64,000 bases of DNA, from positions 1-64,000 of the forward strand of contig CAXXTC010000003.1 in the NCBI GenBank assembly GCA_963666925.2, written 5' to 3'. This stretch comes from Phycisphaerae bacterium (GTDB lineage Bacteria; Planctomycetota; Phycisphaerae; UBA1845; Fen-1342). The first letter of the stretch is position 1. Every line of letters starts with the position of its first letter. Both the position numbers and the translations under genes were made by a program. The notes under the pieces were generated by a model that did no database searches, was not told where the DNA came from, and was given only the letters and a program-made list of their open reading frames with translations. Below are positions 56,301 to 64,000 of the stretch, piece by piece.

Positions 56301-59300
56301 ATCGGAGAAGTAAATCGGCGAAAGCGGATTGCCGATGTCGCCTTCCACGATATTGATCGGCAGGTTCATGTCCGGCGCCGGCAGCACAAACAGCGGGCGC
56401 CCACCCGCCGAACCGATACCATCTGGTATCGCCTCGCCCGGAATCAAAATCACTGAATGAAGGAAATTGTGCCGATTCGCGCCGGTACCAACGGGCATGA
56501 TCACGTTGTCCCAGTCCGTCGCCGAATCCAACGCCGCCACAGTGTCTTCGGTCAGTCGCCGCCGGTTATACGGGTACTCGCTGTGCGGACCGCCATCACG
56601 CGCCGTCGAATAGTCGGCGTCCATGATGTAGTTCTCGGTCCCCGCCGCAACCACCTCGCCCATATCCATCAGACCGTCGAGGTTGTAATCGCGCTTCATG
56701 GCCCGGACGCGGTGCACCACCAGGCCCAGCAGGAACGTACTATCATCATTAACGGCGCCACCCGCCGCATCAATCGCGATCAGGTGATCGGCCACGTCCG
56801 CCGCGTACAGGGTTGAACCGTCCGAACTGATCGCCAGACACGTAAGATCATACGGGAACGGATTGGGGTCGCTCGGGTTGATCGGACCCCACTCGCCCGT
56901 CTCCAGGTTCACGACCGACGGCAACTCGAACGCACGATCAATGAAGTACAACTGGTTGGCATAGTACGCCAGACCATCCGTACCCCACGTCGGCACCCCC
57001 AGCAGACCCAAATACACCGCCTCGCCGGACCGCGGATCGATCGCCCACAACTGCGTCGAACCGATTGCTACATCAACCGACGCAAATACCAGGTTATTCA
57101 CCGAATCGTACGCAATGTCCTGAATCTGACTGCTCAGCCCCGAGATGTCAGCCTGGTGCGCGGCCGTCCCTTCCTCGGTGCTGATCTGCCACAGCTCGTT
57201 GCCACCACCTGCTCGGCGAATCGCGAAGAGCTGGTTCACGCCGGAACTCGGCGCAATCAACGAGATGCCACCAACACCAAAGCCTTCACCAATCTGAACC
57301 CACAGCCAATCCTGGTCATTAGTCGGATCATATTCGGGGTTAACCTCCAGCAACGCGTTCAAACCCGAATCAACCGCGTACAGGCTGTTGCCCAGACACG
57401 CCATGCCAGTCACCGGCGTGCCCGGATCACGCTGCCACGTCATGAACTCAAGGTTCAGTACGTTACCACCATCAAAACCACCCGACCCGTGTATGTTGTA
57501 GGCCAACGGCCCCGCCGCCGGGATGTTCCCATCCGGGCTGTACGGTGCACCGTCATAACCAGGACCAAAGTCGTAGCCCCACGGATCCGTACCGTACACG
57601 GACGTCACCTCGCCCGGACGGCCATCGCCACCATTGCGATAGCTGACGCTGCCCTCACCCAGCACCACCGATCCACCTGTGTAACTCCCAATACCAGAAA
57701 CATTCCGGCGGTGATACAGCGACGACGGCAAATCATCAAACTCCGCCGGTCCGTCGTAGTAGTCCGGCGTGCCATCATCATTCTTATCCAACATGTCCGG
57801 CAACACCGGGCCATTCAGGTCATCGACATACTGCTCGGCCCAATCCTCGATGCTACCGTCGCCGTAGATTGGCGCGTCGATATCCTGACCGGTAGGACCA
57901 TCGTTCGGGTTGTCCGGATCGTCGTAGCCGCAGTTGCCCTCGTCCGGCTCCGTATCCGGATAGCAGTAAGGAAATTCGGCTTCGTCACCGGGCTCCTCGG
58001 TCTGCTGCGGTCGCGCCTTGGAGCCACCACAGTTCGGATTGAAATCACGCAGGTCATCACCGTCACCCGGGTCACCAATCGCCGGATCTGCCGGATCAAA
58101 CTCCTCCAGCCTCGGAATCAGCGGATTCCACACCGGCGCCGTCGGCGCCGCCCCGGCAGAAAGACCGAGCATCGCGTGCCGATCCGCCCAGTATGCGTCC
58201 CACCAATCCTGCAAGCTCCACGGATACGCCCCGTCTTCCGGAGCCTCCGTCGTCACGCCCGTCAACCACATCGCCGACGAGGGCTGCTGCTGCATCTTCG
58301 AACTGCCCAGCTCGGCCCAATCGTCCGGCCCGTCATACTGGTTGTTCCCAAAGCGACCCAGAAAACCAGTGCCGCTGGCCGGATCATCCGACGTCCCCAG
58401 CGTGCCTACAAATCCCGGATAGTTCGCTCGGATATAAGCCTCCGACCAAGCCTTTGAATCCGCCGACTCGTTCTTCCAACTCGGGTCCAGCTTCTTCCAC
58501 CGACTGGCCGGGTGCCCCGCCTCAGGATCGTAGATAACGATGAAGTCCTCGAACGGCTCCGGGAAATCCCACCCACCGTCGCCGTCCGCATCACAGAACT
58601 CCTCCTCCTCGATCTCGCCATCTTCGTCACACTGCCCCCCTACCAGCTCCTTGTTCCAACCGTCCCTGACAGTCTCCACGAGAGCGTCATAACGCTCGTT
58701 TCCGTTCAAATCCCGGAAACGTTCCCCCGGCGTCCACACCGCCATGCCCGTGTAGTTGTCAAAATCAATCATCCCGGGCGTCGGTGCGTCGTCCCACTCG
58801 TCATACCCCGGCGTCGCCGTCCCCGGCGAATCACCGTTGTAGTCAATATAGATCGCCTGGTACCGCTGGCTCACTTCCTCGCCCATGAACGGCGAGAACC
58901 CACCCGACTGGTCCAACTCGGTCCACGGCAATGCCCCCTCTTCATCCCAACTGACGATCTCCGAATCCGGCGCGATCGGCCACGGAATCTCCGCCTCGCC
59001 AAAAACGTCGCCGTTGACGACCACGTTCCCATACGAGATCTCGTACCAGTACTCCGCGAACGAGTGAATAGTCCCATCCGGATCGTCCGGGTCGTCCGGC
59101 ATGGTGTCGAAGTACTGCGCCCGGATGTCATCCAGGTTCACCTCGATCGACCCGGGACCACCCTCAATCGATTTCCCAGGGACCGCGTACATAATCACAA
59201 ACTTGCGCTGATCGGCCAGCGCCCCGTCGGACAACAGGCTGACGACAAACAGCAGGACCAGCGATATAGGCAGAATCCGCCCAGCACCACCACGGAATGT

Positions 59301-59303
59301 CAT
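53304..59303 (-). CDS. Large secreted, surface-anchored M6 (immune inhibitor A)-like metalloprotease with propeller-like insert, PKD domain and thrombospondin type 3 repeats
   Basis: Signal peptide; [17 protein letters not shown]...PDLYD, WDIMSGG, QADG...[15 protein letters not shown] (PKD); [15 protein letters not shown] repeats; C-terminal Cys-TM-RRRR. Confidence 0.85.
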   Translation of the reverse strand: MTFRGGAGRILPISLVLLFVVSLLSDGALADQRKFVIMYAVPGKSIEGGPGSIEVNLDDIRAQYFDTMPDDPDDPDGTIHSFAEYWYEISYGNVVVNGDVFGEAEIPWPIAPDSEIVSWDEEGALPWTELDQSGGFSPFMGEEVSQRYQAIYIDYNGDSPGTATPGYDEWDDAPTPGMIDFDNYTGMAVWTPGERFRDLNGNERYDALVETVRDGWNKELVGGQCDEDGEIEEEEFCDADGDGGWDFPEPFEDFIVIYDPEAGHPASRWKKLDPSWKNESADSKAWSEAYIRANYPGFVGTLGTSDDPASGTGFLGRFGNNQYDGPDDWAELGSSKMQQQPSSAMWLTGVTTEAPEDGAYPWSLQDWWDAYWADRHAMLGLSAGAAPTAPVWNPLIPRLEEFDPADPAIGDPGDGDDLRDFNPNCGGSKARPQQTEEPGDEAEFPYCYPDTEPDEGNCGYDDPDNPNDGPTGQDIDAPIYGDGSIEDWAEQYVDDLNGPVLPDMLDKNDDGTPDYYDGPAEFDDLPSSLYHRRNVSGIGSYTGGSVVLGEGSVSYRNGGDGRPGEVTSVYGTDPWGYDFGPGYDGAPYSPDGNIPAAGPLAYNIHGSGGFDGGNVLNLEFMTWQRDPGTPVTGMACLGNSLYAVDSGLNALLEVNPEYDPTNDQDWLWVQIGEGFGVGGISLIAPSSGVNQLFAIRRAGGGNELWQISTEEGTAAHQADISGLSSQIQDIAYDSVNNLVFASVDVAIGSTQLWAIDPRSGEAVYLGLLGVPTWGTDGLAYYANQLYFIDRAFELPSVVNLETGEWGPINPSDPNPFPYDLTCLAISSDGSTLYAADVADHLIAIDAAGGAVNDDSTFLLGLVVHRVRAMKRDYNLDGLMDMGEVVAAGTENYIMDADYSTARDGGPHSEYPYNRRRLTEDTVAALDSATDWDNVIMPVGTGANRHNFLHSVILIPGEAIPDGIGSAGGRPLFVLPAPDMNLPINIVEGDIGNPLSPIYFSDWVHPLGGTTETGEQLNPGEYAKAGTAHEWLHVWESYPDLYDYDEYNPGGGIINKPVGGWDIMSGGFVHPTPPLKQYFLGSASLGTDHTPWISVTDLRDVINPREEAELVFPDFAFNSNDSVFTFQNPDLLGDDPDAAGERFYFWRLTQDVPADPYRINFSRYAPGGQLTGSGDGEGLLIMHTDFGENAEASPVQQRLGSHFSYNVLQADGLQQLENGENSGDAGDPFPGTSDIREWNNDTDPSSRWWGQVESGIAIRDIQYEGDDLVVTFYWKPRLVPELEFSRPPVGELPTARLRYKAFDFYGGTELYFYYDSDNVGHDGAQFVEGVQYKSQPGLESMFYEFDPSQMPDGVFYFYAKLVPGVGADGTEPANSEPRADVDNHARGQVTVTDVDTEQSFLETLTLTCVDHAVVGAEEWSVEGRVSGIHSRAVTNQPFVTDSGVSLLIEYTDEAVAGSDGELSDDDGVYTLTIPSANFDATEFRAGDQVRIIAGDGAVPGFYRILSVPAPTQLRLANNAGSGSNISYRVHAFSSGDGTRLPDRYTLMTTGKTGYSLPVEFSGGDIVPRVYPVLEVSYPEDETNPGRRVPLLVRFDASESLDEFGSQSSSLTFQWNFGDGSGGTGSVVEYLYESSSTDLSNGAYTVTLTVRNNATGREGVVTADIVVNPEFVDTDNDGIEDAEDNCPDFPNVDQTDSDGDELGNACDNCPYVDNPGQGDVDGDGIGDACDNDNDNDGYLNNDDNCPNTHNPDQTDTDDDGLGDACDPDLDDDGVPNATDNCPYEYNPGQGDFDGDGDGDACDNDSDNDGIPDAQDNCPLIYNPSQMDTNNDGTGDACEPDSDGDGVPDVFDNCPNVSNADQGDTDGDGIGNRCDNCVFEPNTAQIDSDGDGIGDACDNCPGVANLLQLDSDGDGIGDSCDAVDDGADDGTDDGTGDDAGDDTGDDTGDDSGDSSQDQPSTGDDDSSDLNPNTGLCPTTSVLMLTLTLAGLLRARSSYRRRR
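53550..54293 (-). repeat. Thrombospondin type 3 (Ca-binding) repeat array
   Basis: Repeated DNCP...NPxQxDxDGDGxGDACD units. Confidence 0.9.
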
Positions 59304-59390
59304 GACTACAATCTCCGTATTCCCGGATTAATCCCGCTCAGGTTCATAGAACTCAGGCTTCGTTCGGTCACCTCGTAATCTTATCGCCGC

Positions 59391-59406
59391 TGCAAAAACT
59401 AGTCCA
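59391..59406 (-). promoter_or_regulatory. Possible sigma54 (-24/-12) promoter of the large protease gene
   Basis: TGGACTAGTTTTTGCA has correct GG-N10-GC spacing but lacks the consensus CAC; about 88 nt upstream of the ATG. Confidence 0.35.
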
Positions 59407-59857
59407 CCGAAATCGGTTCCGGCAAACCGCGCAGCCCTAGCTCACATCGGATCTTACAAGCCCGCGCTCCAGGCCCGCGCCTCGCTCAACCACCCGATCG
59501 AGCCAGCTCATCGCCGTTTCCAGGCTCCACGCCCCGATCTGCGGCCTCAAACCACGCTCTTATCGCTCGCACACCGCCCGCCCCAGGGCCGCGCCACGAC
59601 GTCACAATCCTCGCATGCGTTTCCGGACCACATGTTACGGGACACTTGGTCGTCACACTCGCTCACCGCCCCCCCGACCCGCGACACCACCCCCCAGACC
59701 AACCAACCAACCAGCACCACACCACCGGGCAACGTCCGATTTTCAGGCGCCCAACACACCTGCGTCCGCCCATTGGCCACGCCGATCACACCCGCTATCG
59801 TAAGCACGCCGGCACGCTGCCGCATCCTGAAACACGCGCATCAACCACCCGGTTATC

Positions 59858-60826
59858 GTGAACTCGAACCAACCTCCGCCAGATCAGTCCAACACACACA
59901 CGCCGCTCGTGGCCATCTGCGTCATCACTCTCCGGCGTCCGGACGGACTACGCCGCCTGATCGAGAGCCTCACCACCCTCACCTTCCCCACACACCCGGC
60001 ACGCATTGAGCTGATCATCGTCTCCAACGACGCCGACCAGAACCTCGACGCATTGAGTGCTGATCTGCGCCGGCTGACCGATTTGCCGCTCCGCTGCGCC
60101 ATAGAGCCGCGCCGCGGCATCCCTTTCGCGCGCAATCGCTCCGTCGCACTCGTACCCGAAGAGGCCGACTTCGCTCTCTTCGTCGACGATGATGAAACCG
60201 TCACGCCCAACTGGCTCGACGAACTCCTGCGCGTCCAGGCCGAACACAACGCCGATGTCGTCGCCGGCCCCGTCGTGCCCCACTTCATGCAAACCCCGCC
60301 GGACTGGATCATCCGCGGACGCTTTCTCGAACTCCACCGCCATCACACCGGCGCTACCATTGATCGCGCGTTCACCGGCAACGCACTCGTTCGCACCACC
60401 GTCCTCCGTAACATGTCGCCCCCCTTCGACGAGCGCCTGGCGCTCACCGGCGGCAGCGACACGCACTTCTTCCGCCGCGTCCATGCCGCCGGCTATCACA
60501 TGGTCTGGGCTGACGAAGCCATCGCCTATGACTGGGTACCACCTTCCCGCATAACCACCCACTGGATTTTGCAACGCGCTTACCGCTACGGCGTCAACAC
60601 GCCGCTCATCGAAAAGGCCGTCGGCCGCGCCAGCCTCGTCGTTCCACGCACCGCACTCATCGGCGTATACCGCATCCTCAAGGGCACGATCTTCCTGCTC
60701 CCAAGCCTTTTCCTCGGTCGCCACCAAGTGGTAACGTACCTCCGCCATATCTGCTATGGTGCCGGAATGCTCGCCGGCCTCTGCGGCTCGCGCTACGATG
60801 AGTATCAGCGCACTCACGGAACCTGA
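59858..60826 (+). CDS. Glycosyltransferase family 2 (ExoM-like)
   Basis: ICVITLRRP, EPRRGIPFARN, FVDDDE, GGSD. Confidence 0.9.
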   Translation: MNSNQPPPDQSNTHTPLVAICVITLRRPDGLRRLIESLTTLTFPTHPARIELIIVSNDADQNLDALSADLRRLTDLPLRCAIEPRRGIPFARNRSVALVPEEADFALFVDDDETVTPNWLDELLRVQAEHNADVVAGPVVPHFMQTPPDWIIRGRFLELHRHHTGATIDRAFTGNALVRTTVLRNMSPPFDERLALTGGSDTHFFRRVHAAGYHMVWADEAIAYDWVPPSRITTHWILQRAYRYGVNTPLIEKAVGRASLVVPRTALIGVYRILKGTIFLLPSLFLGRHQVVTYLRHICYGAGMLAGLCGSRYDEYQRTHGT

Positions 60827-60848
60827 CGCCGACACCAGGACCAGCCGA

Positions 60849-61769
60849 ATGAACATAGCTGTCTGTGCTCTGACCTTCCGACGCCCCGACGGACTGGCCC
60901 GTCTGCTGGAAGGGCTTGCCCAGCAACAATTCACCACCGTCGAGCCGGACTTCTCGATAAACATCGTCGACAACGACCCGGAAGGCAGCGGCGAGAAAAC
61001 CTGCGACGCTTGGCGCGATCGGCTGCGCTGGCCGCTCAACTACGTCATAGAACCGCGCCGCGGCATCGCGTTTGCTCGCAACGCCGCCCTCGACGCCGGC
61101 CGCGGCACCACCTGGCGCGTTTTCATCGACGACGACGAGGTCCCCAACCCCGATTGGCTCGACCAACTCATCCGCGTACAGCGCGAATATGACGCCGACG
61201 TCGTCGGCGGCCCCGTCATTCCTCATCTGCCCGATGACACCCCCGAGTGGATCGGCCGCGGCGGGTTCTTCAATCGCCGTCGCCACCCCACCGGACAACG
61301 CCTGCCCCACGCCTTTACCAACAACGTCCTCTTCCGCTCCAGCATCCTCGACGAGCTCAATCTGCGCTTCAACGAACGCTGGGCCCTGATGGGCTGCGAA
61401 GACCGCGCTTTCTTCCAAACCATCGGCATGGCCGGCTACCGCATCATCTGGGCCGACCAGGCCATTGTCACCGAGTGGATCCCCCCGACCCGCGCCACCG
61501 CCGAGTGGCTCATCCAACGCCACTACCGCGTCGGTAACACCACCGCCTTCGTCGAGCTCGACCTGCGGCCAGCCTGGAAAATGCGCCCCCTGCTGCTTGC
61601 CAAGAGCGCCGTCTGGGCCCTCATCGGCCTCGGCTTGCAAGTCGCCGGTCCCTTCGGTGACGAAATCCTGCGCCTCCGCGGAAAACGGGCCAGCGCCTAC
61701 GCTCGCGGCCTGCTCACCGGCGTTCGCGGCATCCCCTTTGAGGAATACCGTACCACCCATTCCGTCTGA
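60849..61769 (+). CDS. Glycosyltransferase family 2 (ExoM-like), tandem paralog
   Basis: TFRRP, EPRRGIAFARN, FIDDDE, GCED; start moved to ATG 60849. Confidence 0.9.
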   Translation: MNIAVCALTFRRPDGLARLLEGLAQQQFTTVEPDFSINIVDNDPEGSGEKTCDAWRDRLRWPLNYVIEPRRGIAFARNAALDAGRGTTWRVFIDDDEVPNPDWLDQLIRVQREYDADVVGGPVIPHLPDDTPEWIGRGGFFNRRRHPTGQRLPHAFTNNVLFRSSILDELNLRFNERWALMGCEDRAFFQTIGMAGYRIIWADQAIVTEWIPPTRATAEWLIQRHYRVGNTTAFVELDLRPAWKMRPLLLAKSAVWALIGLGLQVAGPFGDEILRLRGKRASAYARGLLTGVRGIPFEEYRTTHSV

Positions 61770-61796
61770 GCAGCTCGACCAGGCCAATCGAACCGT

Positions 61797-64000
61797 CTAC
61801 TGCCCCGCCCGAATGCGCTCCAGCAACCGACGCGTCGGATTGTGATTTGGTGCCACTTCCAACGCCCGTTCCAGGTCAGCAATCGCCCCGGCACGATCCC
61901 CCTTGAGCAATAACGCCCGCGCCCGATGGTAGTGCGCTAACACGTGCCGCTCATCCAGCGCCAGCGCTGCCTGAAGATCACGCAGCGATTCGTCAACCCG
62001 GTCAAGCTCTATCAGAACATACGCCCGGTTGCAGTACGCGTCCGGAAACGTCGAATCCAAAGCCACCGCCGCCGAATACTCCTGCAACGCCTCCTCCCAA
62101 CGCTGCTGGCTCAAAAGCAGATTGCCATACTCGTAATGCGCCACCGGCTCGCGCGGATGCACTCGAAGAAAACGCTTAAACGCCGCCTCCGCTTCCGCCC
62201 AGCGCTGCTGCCCAACCAACGCCTGGGTCAGGCAGCGGAACCCGTCGACGTCTTCCGGATGGTCCTTCAGGTACACTTCCAGACGATCAACGGCATCCTC
62301 CACTTCCTCAGTCGTCAGCAGTTGCCACAACTGCCCCGCACGCGTTTCGCCCAGACGCACACCGGCACCACGAACCCAGGCCAACTCCCGCCACGTGAAC
62401 AGGTACTCGATGCCATACCGATCAAGCAGTTCCCGGCGCTCCGTCTCCGGCGTGCGGTCGCTCAACATCTGCCAAACGTCTTTCCGCTTGCGCTGCAACC
62501 CTGGCACACCCATGCTGCCGCGCCGCGGCGCAATCAGGCGACAATCATACGCCTGTACCAGGCGCATTCCCCGGCCGGGATCGGCCAGCACGGTCGCCCC
62601 CGGGGGCAGGTGTTCCGCCAGCATCCTGCGCGTGTCGCGCACCAGCTCGCGCGTGAACGTGCGCTCGCGCGCCGTGCTTGCAGCTATCGCGCCGTAGGTC
62701 CGCCAGTCGTACGGAGCGTTCTGAGGAATCATGTGCAGCGACAACGGAATCACCGCCAGCGAAAGAACGCTTTGCAGCCAGCGCACCCGAATCCAGCGCT
62801 GTCCCAACAGGGCCGCCACCGCCCCCGGCACAAACACCACCAGCAGGCTATACCACACGATCTCGAGCCGCCGGAGAATCCAGCCCTCACTCAGCACGCG
62901 AATTGCCGCCGAACACAGCGGCGGAAAAAAGAAAATCGCCGCCGCGATCGCCGCCACACTCATCAGCAGCACCGTCTCGCGCTCCCGCCGAACGAGCCAC
63001 GCGCACGTCACCCCACCCGCCAGCCAGAGCAAGCGGTAGCCGTGCCATCCGCCGAACCCGCGCCGCGGGTCACGAATCAGCATGTCGTCGCCGACGCGAA
63101 TGAAGTGTTCCCAATTAACCGACGGTTCGACAGCTGTCTGCGCCGCCGCTCTCGCACGCGCCGGGCGGGCCCGGTTCACCTGAGTCGCAATGGTCAGCGG
63201 CATACACACCAGCAGCGCCGCGGCAGCAGCCCCCAGCAACCCGGCGCCGGGCCGACGCTGAACCAGGTACAGCACCGCCAGCACCCCCAACACCGGCCCC
63301 AGCAATATCAGCGCAAAACCGCCATACAGCACATGCAACTGGCTCAGCAGAAGCGCTCCACCCGCCAGTTTGATCACCGGCCTCCAGCTCGGCCGCCGCC
63401 ACAGCTCAACCACAAATGCAAACATGAATACCAGCACGCACAGCGGCGCCAGCTTGTTGGGATAGGGCAGAAACCGCACTGGCCCCTGCGCCACCAGCAC
63501 GAACACCGCCACCGTCCACGCCGGCCAGTGCCGCTCGAACACCGTCCACGCCAAGTAGAAACTGGCGCCAACCACCAGCAGCTTGGCCAGCGGCAAAGCC
63601 ATCATCCACACCGACAAGTAATCACCGCCGGTGAGCTGGGCCCCCGCCGCACACAACGCATGCAGAATATTGGTGTGATAAATGGGGTAGAAAAATTCGC
63701 CCGCCACGACCGGGTCGAGGTTGCTGAGCCCGTGATCCAGCAAAAAACGAACACGCCCGAGATGTACGATGGCGTCCCCGCCGAGAATCGTGCCCACCCG
63801 CGCGCTGCCGACCAGATCGATCAACAGCAACAGTAGTTCCACCCCCAGCGCTCCCATTAACAACTGCCCCATCCGGCGCCAGTGCCCGCCGCGAACAATC
63901 TCCACCAGCCCTGCCGCCACCAGCAGCACACACCAGGCCGACAGTATGATCAGCGGGAAGCGCAGCCAATACCCGGCAATCGCCACCGGCGAGATCAGCA
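61797..64000 (-). CDS. Polytopic membrane protein (GT-C-like) fused to C-terminal TPRs; 5' end beyond the window
   Basis: Frame is open to the window edge; GDAIVH loop, many TM helices, then several TPRs (AHYEYGNLL, AYCNRAYVL, AHYHRARAL). Confidence 0.7.
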   Translation of the reverse strand, partial: LISPVAIAGYWLRFPLIILSAWCVLLVAAGLVEIVRGGHWRRMGQLLMGALGVELLLLLIDLVGSARVGTILGGDAIVHLGRVRFLLDHGLSNLDPVVAGEFFYPIYHTNILHALCAAGAQLTGGDYLSVWMMALPLAKLLVVGASFYLAWTVFERHWPAWTVAVFVLVAQGPVRFLPYPNKLAPLCVLVFMFAFVVELWRRPSWRPVIKLAGGALLLSQLHVLYGGFALILLGPVLGVLAVLYLVQRRPGAGLLGAAAAALLVCMPLTIATQVNRARPARARAAAQTAVEPSVNWEHFIRVGDDMLIRDPRRGFGGWHGYRLLWLAGGVTCAWLVRRERETVLLMSVAAIAAAIFFFPPLCSAAIRVLSEGWILRRLEIVWYSLLVVFVPGAVAALLGQRWIRVRWLQSVLSLAVIPLSLHMIPQNAPYDWRTYGAIAASTARERTFTRELVRDTRRMLAEHLPPGATVLADPGRGMRLVQAYDCRLIAPRRGSMGVPGLQRKRKDVWQMLSDRTPETERRELLDRYGIEYLFTWRELAWVRGAGVRLGETRAGQLWQLLTTEEVEDAVDRLEVYLKDHPEDVDGFRCLTQALVGQQRWAEAEAAFKRFLRVHPREPVAHYEYGNLLLSQQRWEEALQEYSAAVALDSTFPDAYCNRAYVLIELDRVDESLRDLQAALALDERHVLAHYHRARALLLKGDRAGAIADLERALEVAPNHNPTRRLLERIRAGQ

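Noticed and set aside
59530..59850. Small ORFs and (CCAA)n low-complexity tract upstream of the GT2 genes
   Set aside because: Only about three repeat units, Pro/Thr-rich translations with no motif; most likely divergent promoter DNA.

Overview
High-GC bacterial chromosome segment. The gene content suggests Planctomycetota, probably Phycisphaerae-like (inference from topoisomerase VI, an FHA-GAF kinase, Cys/Asp-repeat secreted proteins and a Cys-TM-Arg C-terminal sorting tail). The left 5 kb, next to the 3' end of tRNA-Pro(CGG), looks accessory: two secreted proteins, a putative regulator and an IS66 remnant. The rest is mostly core genes: csp, pnp, rpsO, ald, uvrA, yhbY, polyprenyl synthase, murG, nrdR, lipA, rph, rdgB, coaD and sucAB. 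It also holds both subunits of archaeal-type topoisomerase VI (15 kb apart, opposite strands), a four-minor-pilin/secretin/TPR module, several GT-C-like and GT2 glycosyltransferases and a 1999-aa M6-like metalloprotease. Best leads: (1) an in-frame G12 tract in the PilX/GspK-like gene, a candidate phase-variation switch; (2) an nrdR operon with a self-operator, a frameshifted double ATP-cone partner and a highly structured 3' region; (3) an identical RNA hairpin on both sides of rpsO; (4) topo VI with charged tails and a 13-bp inverted repeat in its promoter region. No CRISPR, rRNA, integrase or reverse transcriptase was seen. All calls are by-eye motif recognition; no database searches were run.
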